Of a stretch of 64,000 bases of DNA, positions 17,680 to 28,107 are shown piece by piece (position 1 is the first letter of the stretch; the number at the start of each line of letters is the position of its first letter). The position numbers and the translations under genes were made by a program. Origin of the DNA: Candidatus Zixiibacteriota bacterium (lineage in GTDB: Bacteria > Zixibacteria > MSB-5A5 > UBA10806 > 4484-95); contig JBBIRK010000008.1 in the NCBI GenBank assembly GCA_037441845.1, forward strand, positions 1 to 64,000, read 5' to 3'. The notes under the pieces were generated by a model. It had not been told where the DNA came from, did not search any database, and saw nothing but the letters and a program-made list of their open reading frames with translations.

Positions 17680-20600
17680 ATGAGAAAAATATTACTGCTG
17701 ACGTTGGCCGTGATATTTGTCTCGGGTATCTGTACCGCCCTGGCAAATCAAGTTGCGCCCAACGCCGTTAGCGTTTCGAATGTCAATCCGATCGACAACC
17801 GGAATGACTCGAAATCAGCGCCGCCTACCATTCCGCAGCACCCAACCGACAACCTCGCCCTGACGACATTCATCAATGAGGGTTTCGAGGGGACTTTCCC
17901 GCCGACCGGCTGGACCCGGATTATTACGAATTCATCCTACACCTGGCAACAATCTTCCGGCTACGCCCACTCGGGATCTTACGGCGCCAATGTTCCCTGG
18001 AATTACCTACAGGATGAATGGCTGGTTTCGCCGACGTTCAGTTTGGTTGGCGCCGGCATAGATGCCAGGGTGAAATTCTGGTGGATGGCAAGCTACGACT
18101 GGATGGTAAGCCCGTATCAGAACGGTGACTACGAGCTATGGATTTCCACCGACGGTGGGGCCACCTGGCCCACCATGCTCTGGGATGAAAACAGCGAGGG
18201 CGTTTTCAGCAGCTGGACATGGTATCAGGAGGAAATCAGCCTGGCCGCTTATATCGGTCAGAGCAACGTAATGCTCGCGTTCCGCTATGTCGCCGATGAT
18301 GCCGCCGATATCGGCCTTGACGACGTAGTCGTCACGGACGACCCGGATGTTCCCTGCGTGGTCACTTGCCCGCCTGGAGCGACACTGGAAGCCGAAGCTT
18401 GCGGCGACAGTATCAATGACGGTTGCAACCGGGTTCCCTTCCAATTCCAATCGGTAACCTGCCCGGATACCGTTTGCGGCACCGCCTGGGCCAGCACCTC
18501 TTTGAGAGACACCGATTGGTATCTGTTGACACTTGCTCAGTCAGAGTCGCTCTACTATTACGGCACGGCTGAATTCCCGTTGGCGTTGATTCTTATCAAT
18601 GCCGGCACCGGAAACTGCACGACATATTCGATCATAACCTCGGCGACCGGCAATCCCTGCGATACGGTATCTATAATCCAGTACCTTGCCGCGGGGACCT
18701 ACTATCTCTGGGCGGGCCCCTCGGTTTGGGTCAACATGCCTTGCGATGGTTCTGGCGACTACACAAACGATTATACGCTCTGGTTCTATTGCCGCGGCCA
18801 CGTTGTCGGACCGCCCAACGACGATTGCGTTAGCGTTACCCCTGTGCCCTTGGCTCCGGGATCGCCTTTGACCTTTAGCGGCGATAACACCAACTCCACC
18901 AATGATTGCAGCTTCCTGAGCTATCCTCAGGTCTGGCATGCGTTCACGACCACCGAATGTTTAGACATAACGGTCGACTACTGCTCCACTACCCCGGCTT
19001 TCGGCAATGCTTATATAATTTTGGTTGACAGCTGCCCCTGCGCCAGCTCGATCACCTATACGAGCTATGATTTCACGACCTGTGGTGACGGCAATATCAC
19101 GATAACATTCCTTGGTGTGCCACCAGGAACTTATTACTACCCGGTTCTCACCGACCCGGCCAACAATGCCGTTGGACCTTACACGATCCACGTTTCAGGT
19201 GTCGCTTGTCCTCCGCCACCGCCGAACGACGACTGCGCCAACGCGCAACCGGTCGGTTTCGTTTTTCAATTGCCCTGGTCGACGACCAGCGCAACCTACG
19301 ACGGCGGCGGAACCTGCATGACCTCTAAAAACATCTGGTACCTATTCACTTCGCCGGTAACAGATTCGGTTCATGTGGCTCTCTGCGGTTCGTCTTTCGA
19401 CACCAAACTCGCAGTTTATGACGGTTCGAGCTGCTCCCCGCTTCCCACCGTGTTACTTTGCAACGATGATGCCTGCAACACCACCCTGCAATCAGAGGGA
19501 TATTTCTACGCCACCCAAAACAGCCAGTATCTGATTGAAGTCGGTGGATTTTCCTCGTATTCCGGAAACGGCGTTCTCACCATAGAAGCGGGCGATCCGA
19601 TATTCGGCGTAACCCCGACCTCATTGACCGATACGGCGGCTGTCGGAAGCTCTGTCACCGATACGCTGACGGTTACCAACACCGGCTCGGCGGCTCTCAA
19701 TTTCACCGTCATAGGCGCTCAGAACCCGTTCCTGCGCCTCGACATCGATCGGCAATTCGAATCGATGAATATCCCTGAGGGTGCCTCGTTCGCTTCGGAA
19801 AACAAAGAAGCCAAGCATCCATTCCTGAATAACCCCACGGTCAAAACCGAGGAAATAGATGAGGCTTCTCTGGCGATGAAGGAAGCCTTGGCGGAGCAAG
19901 CGAAGTTGGAAGCCCAGCTTGCGCTCAAGGGCACCAGCGAGACATTTGCAGTATCCAAACCTGATCCTGCGGTCATACTCCAGGGCGGTGATGATATCGC
20001 GAATGCCACGGTTATCACCTCATTACCGTACACCGATGCGGGAACAACCACAGGCTATACGAATGATTATTCCGGCAGCTGCGGCTATGATGCCGGGGCT
20101 CCCGACGTCGTTTATTCCTACACACCTGCTGGAAACCAAAGCATCAGTATCTCGCTTTGCGGCGGCACAACCTGGGATACGAGGTTATATGTTTACGAAA
20201 ACAACTCCTCGACCGAGATTGCCTGCAACGATGACTATTGCGATCTGCAGTCCCAGCTCGATGCAGTATCGCTGACCGGCGGCAACACTTACTACATCGT
20301 AATCGACGGCTACAACATTTCCAATGGATCCTACACGATCGACGTGACCCAGTACGTTCCGCCGACCTGCACCCCCGATCTGACGGTCAATCTGCCGGCT
20401 GCTCTGCCTTACAACGATATCGACCGCACCAACTGCGGCCTGGGCAACGATTTCAGCAACACTTGCTTGGGTTCGTATGACGGCGGCGAGGATATCATTT
20501 ACGAGCTGAACGTGACTTCAACCATTTGCGTGGACGTCACCTTGACTCCTGATTCGACCTGGACCGGTATCGTTCTCGATGACGAATGCCCGCCGAATCC

Positions 20601-22104
20601 TACGTCTTGTATCGCAGCTTCCGTCAGCTCTGGAGCTGTTCCTCACGGGTTTACGGGCATCACTCTGGCACCCGGGTTGTATTACATCATGGTTGATACC
20701 TGGCCGACACCTAACTGCGCCACTTTCGATCTGAGCATTATCGCCTGCCCGCCGACTCCGCCGAACGACGATTGCTCCAACGCCACCGCAATCGCCGGTC
20801 CATATCCGGCCAATGTGAGCGGTACGACCTTGGGCGCTACTCTCGATTGCCCGGGCATCCTCGACTGGAACGGCGTCTGGTATACGTTTAACGCTCCCTA
20901 CACATCCAACACGGTTTACATCGACTACTGCCCGACGACCACTTCGTTGTCATCGGTCAGCGCCGTGTTCTTCACCGATTGCACTTGCGATACCACCACC
21001 TGGCAGGTCTACGATGCCGGCTCGTTCGTGACTTGCCCGAACACCACGACCAACGCCCAGATATTCTGGTATAACGTTCCCGGACCGGCTACCTATTACC
21101 TGCCGATAACTACGGGAACGATCGGCGCCGATTTCGATTTCACGATCGACGTCACCGAATACATTCCCTGCGAGGTCAATTGCCCGCCGGGCGCTACGCC
21201 TGAGCCTGAATCTTGCAGCCTTGATCTCAATGGCGGATGCAACGCCACGCCGCCGGTGTTTTCCGATATCGCTTGCGGCGACACTATCTGCGGCACCGCC
21301 TGGGCGAATACCTCGCTGCGGGATACCGATTGGTATATATTGAGGCTGACCAATCCCACGCTCATCACCTACACCGGAGTGGCGGAATTTCCGTTCCTGA
21401 TGTTCGTAATCAACCCCAACGACACGACTACCTGCGGCGACGAAACCATCTTGGCGTCGGCCACCGCCGATCCTTGCTCCACCGCCACGATTTCGGCTTC
21501 TCTCGCGGCTGGTGTCTGGTATCTCTGGGCCGGTCCATCAAGCTGGTTCAATATGCCTTGCGATGGGTCGGGTGATTACACCAACGATTACGTCATCTCC
21601 CTGTCCTGTCAACCCCTGTGGTTGAACGTCGGCGTAAGCAGCGGAAGCGTGCCCCCGTTCTCGAGCATACCTGTGCCGGTTACGCTTGATGCCACTTATC
21701 TCACCGCCGGGACCTACACCGGTAACGTGATATTCAACACCAACGACCCGTTGACTCCCACCGCCAGCGTGCCGGTGACGTTCGTGGTCACAGCCGGCGG
21801 CGCCTGCGACTATGTCCTGGGTGATATCAACGGCGACGGCAACCGTATCGGCGGCGACGTCACGTTCGGTGTGCGTTACTTCAAGGGAATCGGCTCGGCT
21901 CCGCCCGACAGCTGTTACATGGATTCGACCGGCACGTATCTGTATGTGGCCGGCGATGTCAACGGCAACTGCGAATTCAGAGGATCTGATATCACCAGAT
22001 TGGTGGCCTTCTTCAAGGGGAATGCAGCTCTGGCATACTGCCACTTCTTCCCGCCGCCGATCATCAGACCGCTGAGTCCGATCGAGGTTGCCCCGATCCG
22101 GTAA
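17680..22104 (+). CDS. Large secreted Cys-rich multidomain surface protein with dockerin-like tail
   Basis: GGAGG RBS, signal peptide, EGFEGTFPPTGW...QDEWLVSP...LDDV (cleaved-adhesin/MAM-like), repeated PPNDDC and DT.L.VY...CNDD modules, dockerin-like C-terminus. Confidence 0.8.
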   Translation: MRKILLLTLAVIFVSGICTALANQVAPNAVSVSNVNPIDNRNDSKSAPPTIPQHPTDNLALTTFINEGFEGTFPPTGWTRIITNSSYTWQQSSGYAHSGSYGANVPWNYLQDEWLVSPTFSLVGAGIDARVKFWWMASYDWMVSPYQNGDYELWISTDGGATWPTMLWDENSEGVFSSWTWYQEEISLAAYIGQSNVMLAFRYVADDAADIGLDDVVVTDDPDVPCVVTCPPGATLEAEACGDSINDGCNRVPFQFQSVTCPDTVCGTAWASTSLRDTDWYLLTLAQSESLYYYGTAEFPLALILINAGTGNCTTYSIITSATGNPCDTVSIIQYLAAGTYYLWAGPSVWVNMPCDGSGDYTNDYTLWFYCRGHVVGPPNDDCVSVTPVPLAPGSPLTFSGDNTNSTNDCSFLSYPQVWHAFTTTECLDITVDYCSTTPAFGNAYIILVDSCPCASSITYTSYDFTTCGDGNITITFLGVPPGTYYYPVLTDPANNAVGPYTIHVSGVACPPPPPNDDCANAQPVGFVFQLPWSTTSATYDGGGTCMTSKNIWYLFTSPVTDSVHVALCGSSFDTKLAVYDGSSCSPLPTVLLCNDDACNTTLQSEGYFYATQNSQYLIEVGGFSSYSGNGVLTIEAGDPIFGVTPTSLTDTAAVGSSVTDTLTVTNTGSAALNFTVIGAQNPFLRLDIDRQFESMNIPEGASFASENKEAKHPFLNNPTVKTEEIDEASLAMKEALAEQAKLEAQLALKGTSETFAVSKPDPAVILQGGDDIANATVITSLPYTDAGTTTGYTNDYSGSCGYDAGAPDVVYSYTPAGNQSISISLCGGTTWDTRLYVYENNSSTEIACNDDYCDLQSQLDAVSLTGGNTYYIVIDGYNISNGSYTIDVTQYVPPTCTPDLTVNLPAALPYNDIDRTNCGLGNDFSNTCLGSYDGGEDIIYELNVTSTICVDVTLTPDSTWTGIVLDDECPPNPTSCIAASVSSGAVPHGFTGITLAPGLYYIMVDTWPTPNCATFDLSIIACPPTPPNDDCSNATAIAGPYPANVSGTTLGATLDCPGILDWNGVWYTFNAPYTSNTVYIDYCPTTTSLSSVSAVFFTDCTCDTTTWQVYDAGSFVTCPNTTTNAQIFWYNVPGPATYYLPITTGTIGADFDFTIDVTEYIPCEVNCPPGATPEPESCSLDLNGGCNATPPVFSDIACGDTICGTAWANTSLRDTDWYILRLTNPTLITYTGVAEFPFLMFVINPNDTTTCGDETILASATADPCSTATISASLAAGVWYLWAGPSSWFNMPCDGSGDYTNDYVISLSCQPLWLNVGVSSGSVPPFSSIPVPVTLDATYLTAGTYTGNVIFNTNDPLTPTASVPVTFVVTAGGACDYVLGDINGDGNRIGGDVTFGVRYFKGIGSAPPDSCYMDSTGTYLYVAGDVNGNCEFRGSDITRLVAFFKGNAALAYCHFFPPPIIRPLSPIEVAPIR

Positions 22105-22151
22105 CCGCTATTCAAAGTCCGCCGAGTTAATGTCGGCCGGACGATGACTCG

Positions 22152-22188
22152 AAGGGTATCCGCTATGCGCGGGTACCCTTTTTTTTTT
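22152..22188 (+). terminator. Rho-independent terminator
   Basis: AAGGGTATCCGC...GCGGGTACCCTT followed by a long T run. Confidence 0.85.
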
Positions 22189-22331
22189 GTGCCGATACCG
22201 CCAATGTCACCCGGCCAAGCCCATTTTCCAGTCGGTTACCGAACCCCGAACAAATTCGCGATTATGGATAATTCGGTGTCTTAATTTGCCGATAACGACA
22301 AATGGAATTCTACTCGAAGATGGATTCGGAC

Positions 22332-22745
22332 ATGGCCAAGAAACGGAAAACAAAAGGCGCTGTTTCAGAAGGTGCGATCGAAAAAAACCGCATCCTGATT
22401 TTGGATAACGAGCCGGAAATGGATAATCCTCTAATTAATTATTTATGGAATTCCGGATACGATACAATAGCGGTCGCCGGCATACGAAATATAAAAACAA
22501 CCACGAACAAGTTCAAACCGGACCTGGTGATAGTCAATCTCGATCCTGGTCGCCCCGACTATTTGAAACACAATCTTGCCATAGCGCGGAATCTGGCGGC
22601 GGCCGACATCCCCGCAATTCACCTCGTATGTGGTTGCATAAAGTCAGAATTGGAAACACTGAATAAGCCGCCATGCCGATGTGTTGAAAAGCCGATCAGC
22701 GGCAAGAAACTTTTACGCTTGATCAAGCAGACAATCGGAAAATAA
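22332..22745 (+). CDS. Stand-alone atypical receiver-domain protein
   Basis: RILILDNE, PDLVIVN, CVEKP receiver pattern; the phospho-acceptor position is Asn. Confidence 0.65.
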   Translation: MAKKRKTKGAVSEGAIEKNRILILDNEPEMDNPLINYLWNSGYDTIAVAGIRNIKTTTNKFKPDLVIVNLDPGRPDYLKHNLAIARNLAAADIPAIHLVCGCIKSELETLNKPPCRCVEKPISGKKLLRLIKQTIGK

Positions 22746-22863
22746 CTTCGAATCTCGCAGACTATCGTCAGTCACGCATTCAGCGTTCGTCAATGGGTTA
22801 TAAAAGCGAAAGCGTTTTCGAAGTTCGGCGGGGGCAATCAGCGCCGCAACGAAAACTCAACCC

Positions 22864-24618
22864 CTACCGCGGCGGAAAATAGGGGCAGAATTCGAGCAGA
22901 GCCGAGCCTTTGAAATAGTTCACCAGCCGGGTGATATCCGAGCCGCGGAACTCGCAATTGCCGTTGACATCACCGGCGATATAAATGTAGGCGCCGATCG
23001 AATCGAAATAACAACTATCGGGAGGCGGCGCACCGATAGCCTTGAAAAAGCGCACGCCATAGGTGGCATCCGAGCCGATAAGCACGCCGTCGCCATTGAT
23101 ATCGCCGAGAACATAGTCGCAAGGAGGCGCCCCGGCCGTCCCCCGCGGGCTGTTCGAAAGAGCCGACAGGTTCAAATTATCGTCGGTCGATTTCAGAGCA
23201 AAATAGTATGACTGTCCCTGAACTAGGCCGCTGACGATCAGCGTCTCCGCGGCACCGCCGTTTTTAGGGTAGGGAAGATTACTGATTCTTGTCGCGGCGT
23301 TCCATTCGTTTTCCGTATCGATCGGACCGAATGATTCCGCTCTGTAACGGATATCATAAAGGGCTGCCTGTCCCGACCCGCCGTCATCGCCGGGCGCCGT
23401 CCAGCGCAACGTGATTTGATTTCCGAGCGGGCCGCCTCCGGCAAAGAGGTTGGTTACCTGTCCCGGCAACATGTGATCGGAAGTATCCTCATCGAGCGGA
23501 TAATAGCGCGGCAAACCGAGAATCACCCTTTCATCCGGCCCGACGTTCACCCGACCGCTGGCGCTTACATGAAACAGACGCTGGCCGTTTGTCTTGATTA
23601 CTATATCGCCGACGGCATAGCCGTTATAGCTGCGATAGTCCCCAGGGGAACCGGAGCCTTCCTCCGTTTGCAGTACGATCGCCGCCGGCGCCGTCACGCA
23701 AACCGTGGCCAACGCCCGCAACACGTTATCGAGAATGTCGATTCGGGGAAAATCCCAGCCGCTGGCCTGCCCGCCGCCTACGTTTATACAGGCGATTCGG
23801 GGCGTCAATAAATTCATGTAATCTTTATTGGTAGAGCTTTCGCTACCATGGTGATTGACATGCAAAACTTCCACCCCTAAAGCCCCCAGCAGATTGGCTC
23901 CCGATGGCGACCGCAACGATTGGGCAAGCGGCGTTTCGACATTTGCGTAATCGGTGGCCGTATTTCTGCCGGTGCACCACTGATCGTCCTCGCCGCCTCC
24001 GAGGTCGGAGGCCCACAGGTACTCGAATTCGCCGTATCTGATAAGTAAAGCGATGCTCTTGTCGTTTTCCTCGGAAACCGAAACGCTTCCGCCGCCCAAG
24101 ATATTCCCGTGAACGGCGACACAGGTTGCCGTGGCTCCATCACCGAGCTGTATTGTCGTGCCGAGCGTCATCGGGACAGCCGGGCCGGCGGTCGTGGTGG
24201 CGGCGGCGTTGAAAAAAGCGGTCACGGTCGAGTTCGATTTGCTGCTGCCGTTGTAATAAACGCGGTTGAGCACATTGTATCCGCCGTAGATAACCTCGTC
24301 GAGTCCACCTATATGATCACCATCGAGATGGCCGGCAACCATATAGTTGAGGTCGTCGCTCGGTAAAAGGCCGATGCTGTTGAAATACGGCACGATATCG
24401 CCGTTGCCGTCGCCGTCGTTTCCGCCGTCCATCATCATGGTGGTGCCGTTCGGGCCGATAATCAAAGTGGCACCGGCGCACTGGACGTTGATATAGTGAA
24501 TTTCGAGCAACCCCGAGGGGGTAAAGGCAGCCGCGCCGAGCGAAAACGAAAGAATCAATATCGCCGACAATAACCTCACGGCATAACACGGCCTTTTATT
24601 CCGGGCATATAAACCCAA
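22864..24618 (-). CDS. Secreted ComEC/Rec2-like metallo-beta-lactamase-fold hydrolase with FN3 domain and dockerin-like tail
   Basis: HLDGDHIGG, ENDKS, HHGS; WTAPGDDG FN3; tail; likely TTG start at 24618 after AGGAGG. Confidence 0.8.
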   Translation of the reverse strand: MGLYARNKRPCYAVRLLSAILILSFSLGAAAFTPSGLLEIHYINVQCAGATLIIGPNGTTMMMDGGNDGDGNGDIVPYFNSIGLLPSDDLNYMVAGHLDGDHIGGLDEVIYGGYNVLNRVYYNGSSKSNSTVTAFFNAAATTTAGPAVPMTLGTTIQLGDGATATCVAVHGNILGGGSVSVSEENDKSIALLIRYGEFEYLWASDLGGGEDDQWCTGRNTATDYANVETPLAQSLRSPSGANLLGALGVEVLHVNHHGSESSTNKDYMNLLTPRIACINVGGGQASGWDFPRIDILDNVLRALATVCVTAPAAIVLQTEEGSGSPGDYRSYNGYAVGDIVIKTNGQRLFHVSASGRVNVGPDERVILGLPRYYPLDEDTSDHMLPGQVTNLFAGGGPLGNQITLRWTAPGDDGGSGQAALYDIRYRAESFGPIDTENEWNAATRISNLPYPKNGGAAETLIVSGLVQGQSYYFALKSTDDNLNLSALSNSPRGTAGAPPCDYVLGDINGDGVLIGSDATYGVRFFKAIGAPPPDSCYFDSIGAYIYIAGDVNGNCEFRGSDITRLVNYFKGSALLEFCPYFPPR

Positions 24619-24732
24619 CGAGGTCCTCCTTCGAATCCATGAAGGTAACCCGTATAATATAAGCGAAGATCCGGAATTGTGAATTAAAAAAGTGATCATT
24701 GTGGTCAGTGGCGTCCATTGATTTCTGAGTAA

Positions 24733-25575
24733 TCATTCCGCGCTGAACGGGCCGCAGGTGAATTTGTCGATTATCATTTCCAATTTACCGGCGGTGCTTT
24801 TCAAGTTGAAATAATGCCGAAAAGTATTTCCGAAACCCGCGCCCTTGATCCTCGGTTGGTCGGGATCGAATTCCCACGGATGCAGATAGACGATCACCGG
24901 ACGCCCCTCGGCGTTGACCTTGCGAAAGTTGCGTCTTATCAAGAATCCCGGGTAAAATCTCAAGTAACCGCCGCCGCCTGCCGGAATCGTGCGACCCATG
25001 AAATCGACAACCGTCATCGGATACTCGCGGATGCTGGTATTTCGCAGAACGATATCGAAAGGAGCACGGGGAGCGTCAGCCGCCTTTCCATATCGGAAAT
25101 GTTTCATGGGGAAAAGCGACGAATCATATATGAACCCGAGATTAGCCAAGATTTCGAATTTAGCAAGATCGTCGGCATTCAAAGAAAAACTGGGCGCTCG
25201 ATAGCCCACCACCTTTTCGCCGGTTATATCCTCGAGCGTTTTTTTGGTGATTTCGACATCTTTCTTGAATTCGTCGTCGGTCATGCGGTAGAGAAGGCGG
25301 TGATCCCAACCGTGGCAGGCGATCTCGTGACCGGCCTCCGCGACCTTCTTGACCAACCCCCGATTCGATTCCGCTACGCATCCCAGAAAAAAGAAAGTGG
25401 CTTTTACGTTCTTGCACTCCAGAATTTCAAGGATCACCTCAGTTCCTTTATCGACTCGGGTGGGGAAATTACCCCAATCCTCGCGGCGCACCGCTCTTTC
25501 GAGACCGCTTACCTGATAATATTCCTCTATATCGAAACTGAGGATGTTAACCACGGGCGGATTCCCCCTTCGCAA
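24733..25575 (-). CDS. Polysaccharide deacetylase (DUF3473 / PEP-CTERM-locus type)
   Basis: SFDIEEY, ATFF, HEIACHGWDH, GYRAPSFS, YDSS, GGGYLR, YLHPWEFDP. Confidence 0.9.
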   Translation of the reverse strand: MRRGNPPVVNILSFDIEEYYQVSGLERAVRREDWGNFPTRVDKGTEVILEILECKNVKATFFFLGCVAESNRGLVKKVAEAGHEIACHGWDHRLLYRMTDDEFKKDVEITKKTLEDITGEKVVGYRAPSFSLNADDLAKFEILANLGFIYDSSLFPMKHFRYGKAADAPRAPFDIVLRNTSIREYPMTVVDFMGRTIPAGGGGYLRFYPGFLIRRNFRKVNAEGRPVIVYLHPWEFDPDQPRIKGAGFGNTFRHYFNLKSTAGKLEMIIDKFTCGPFSAE

Positions 25576-25582
25576 GTGAAGA

Positions 25583-26554
25583 TCAGCCGCTAAAAGCGGT
25601 CGGTTCGAGACGAAGATATTCGGTGGTCCTTTTTTTCTGATCGAGATCTTTCCAAACTCGCCTCACCTGCTCTTCTGTCAGATTCAAAACCCTGGCCGCC
25701 TCAGTCGCGGGAACGCCGTTATCTTTGGCATACCAAAGCAGATCCATCATCTTGAATTTAAGCCCGTAGAAAAATTCTTCTTGAGTTTGCTCGTCAGGGT
25801 AGGTATCGGTGGTAGGCGTTCTTTTCAGGATTTCGTCGGGAACCCCGAGATAGGCGCCGAGCTGAAACACCTGGGTCTTGAATAAGTGGGCTATCGGCTT
25901 AGTATCGGCACCGCCGTCGCCGTATTTGACGAAAAATCCTTGCTCGTGCTCGTTTTTGTTGCCGGTTCCGATTACCGAGTAATTCAGCCGCTCGGCATGA
26001 TAATACAGCATCAACATTCGGATCCGCTGTTTCATATTGGAGGCCGCCACTATTTGCAAATACTCTTTAAGCGGCAATCTTTTGGTGATAGGCTGACCTC
26101 CGGGCGGCGTGGCCGTTAGGCGGAACAGGTTCAATCTGTCTGATTCGAGGATATTCGTAGGAAGTACGATTTTCGCTTTCCAGCCCGGACCGTATTCGGG
26201 AAATACGGCCTTGAACGCGGCGTCCCGCCACTTGTAACAGCCGGCTCCCTCGAGCGCCCGCGTCACGTCCTCCACGACATATTCATAGCCGAATTTTTCC
26301 GCGAGCAGCTTGCCCAGGCGGGTGGAATCGGCCGAGGAATCGCGGTCCGGCAGCAACACCCCCAGCATTTTTTTCGGCCCGAACGCCCGAGCGCAGAGGG
26401 CTGCCACCACCGCCGAATCGATCCCCCCCGAGGTGCCGACCACCGCGCCGGCCCGTCTGAATTTATTATAAACTTGATCTTGTAAAAAATTCACGAGCTC
26501 TTCGGCCGTCTTTTCGCAATCCAATTCGAGCTCATCAAGGGAAAAGGCCATCAT
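25583..26554 (-). CDS. nadE: NH3-dependent NAD synthetase-like protein
   Basis: SGGIDS, NMKQRIRM, GTGNKNE, FFVKYGDG, PIAHLFKTQV; no glutaminase domain. Confidence 0.8.
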   Translation of the reverse strand: MMAFSLDELELDCEKTAEELVNFLQDQVYNKFRRAGAVVGTSGGIDSAVVAALCARAFGPKKMLGVLLPDRDSSADSTRLGKLLAEKFGYEYVVEDVTRALEGAGCYKWRDAAFKAVFPEYGPGWKAKIVLPTNILESDRLNLFRLTATPPGGQPITKRLPLKEYLQIVAASNMKQRIRMLMLYYHAERLNYSVIGTGNKNEHEQGFFVKYGDGGADTKPIAHLFKTQVFQLGAYLGVPDEILKRTPTTDTYPDEQTQEEFFYGLKFKMMDLLWYAKDNGVPATEAARVLNLTEEQVRRVWKDLDQKKRTTEYLRLEPTAFSG

Positions 26555-28089
26555 GCCCTCGCTTTCGTCTTGTATTTTTCCACCAATTCATACTTTTTCG
26601 TCTTGCCCGATTCGGTTTTCGGCAGCGCGTCAACCTGGTATATTTCACGCGGGATTTTGAACGGGGCAAGGTTCGCTCTAAGGTGTTTGCGAAGCTCTTT
26701 CTGATCGATTTCGCCCTTGGCCACAATATAAGCCACGATCGCCTCCCCCAAAATCTCATCCGGTACCCCGACCACCGCCGATTCTATAACTCCGGCGAAC
26801 TCGGCGATTACCTCTTCAATCTCCTTCGGTGATATCCGGTGCGCCCCGCTTTTTATCATCTCCGAACTGCGGCTTACGATATAAAGATATCCCTCTTCAT
26901 CGGCTTTCGCCAGGTCTCCCGTATGCAAACCATCGGGTTTCAACACACGGGCGGTATCCTCGGGATTGTTCCAGTAACCCATCATTATATTGTCGCCTTT
27001 GGCGACTATCTCTCCGACTTTCCCGGGCGGGCAGATTCGTCCGTCTTCATCTTTGATAGTCAGCTCCACCCCGGGTATCGCTTTCCCGATAGAGCCGATT
27101 TTTTCGAGCAGTTTTTCGGGTTCAAGATAAGACAACCGCGCCGAGGCTTCGGTTTGCCCATACATTATGTATATTTTTATATGCGGCAGCGCCTCCATGA
27201 TTTTCTGGGTCAGCGCCGGCGTCATCGGTCCGCCGGCCTGAGTGATATAGCGCAAATGCTCGAATCGATAATTGCGGATATTCGATTTATGCATCAGGAT
27301 AGCGAAAGTCGACGGCACGCCCGAGAAACCGGTGACCCTTTCTTGAGCCATTATTTCAAGGATCACGTTGGGATAAGCAAACCGCCCGTCTATAACCAAG
27401 CTTCCGCCGACAGCCATATGAGTTAAAAGCAACGAATTGCCGTAGGAATAATAAAACGGCAAAATCGCCATCACCCGGTCTTCGGCGTTCAAATCGAGGT
27501 AACGGATTATCGAACTCGTATTCGCGTGAAGATTCCTGTGGCTTAACGTAACCCCCTTAGGTTTACCGGTGGTGCCCGAAGTGTAGATAATCTGCGCCGG
27601 GTCGGTTTCCTGGCGGCTTGTTTGCGGCCTGGCGGGATCACCGCTAAGTTGGATATCGACAAGACTCAGCGCCCTGATATCTTTCGGAAGATGTTCGGCG
27701 CGGTCCTCGGCGACGACAAAACGCAGCGAGGGAATATCATGATAGACTTCTTTAATCACGGGCACGGCGTTTTTGCCTATAATCAAGCCGGTCACCGAGC
27801 AATCGCTCAGGATATTGCGGAAATCGCGTGCCGTTCCCTGCGAATTAAGCCCTACCACTATTCCGCCGGCCTTAAGGATTGCGAAATAAGCGATAATATA
27901 GTTTATTGAAGACTCGATTAAAATCCCCACCCGATCGCCGGGATGCAGATTCAGTTTCAGCAGCTGGTTGGCAAGCCGATTGGCCGCCGCTTCCAAACCC
28001 AGATAATTTATCCGTCCACCCAAATGGATAGCGGCGTCTTTATAGGGAAATCTGGCGGCGTTTTCCTCCAAGTAATGATGAATCAGCAT
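26551..28089 (-). CDS. Class I adenylate-forming enzyme (acyl-CoA/acyl-ACP ligase)
   Basis: YTSGTTGKPKG, MYGQTEA, TGDL, LPKTESGK. Confidence 0.9.
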   Translation of the reverse strand: MLIHHYLEENAARFPYKDAAIHLGGRINYLGLEAAANRLANQLLKLNLHPGDRVGILIESSINYIIAYFAILKAGGIVVGLNSQGTARDFRNILSDCSVTGLIIGKNAVPVIKEVYHDIPSLRFVVAEDRAEHLPKDIRALSLVDIQLSGDPARPQTSRQETDPAQIIYTSGTTGKPKGVTLSHRNLHANTSSIIRYLDLNAEDRVMAILPFYYSYGNSLLLTHMAVGGSLVIDGRFAYPNVILEIMAQERVTGFSGVPSTFAILMHKSNIRNYRFEHLRYITQAGGPMTPALTQKIMEALPHIKIYIMYGQTEASARLSYLEPEKLLEKIGSIGKAIPGVELTIKDEDGRICPPGKVGEIVAKGDNIMMGYWNNPEDTARVLKPDGLHTGDLAKADEEGYLYIVSRSSEMIKSGAHRISPKEIEEVIAEFAGVIESAVVGVPDEILGEAIVAYIVAKGEIDQKELRKHLRANLAPFKIPREIYQVDALPKTESGKTKKYELVEKYKTKARA

Positions 28090-28107
28090 GTCAACCCCGG
28101 ATACGGT

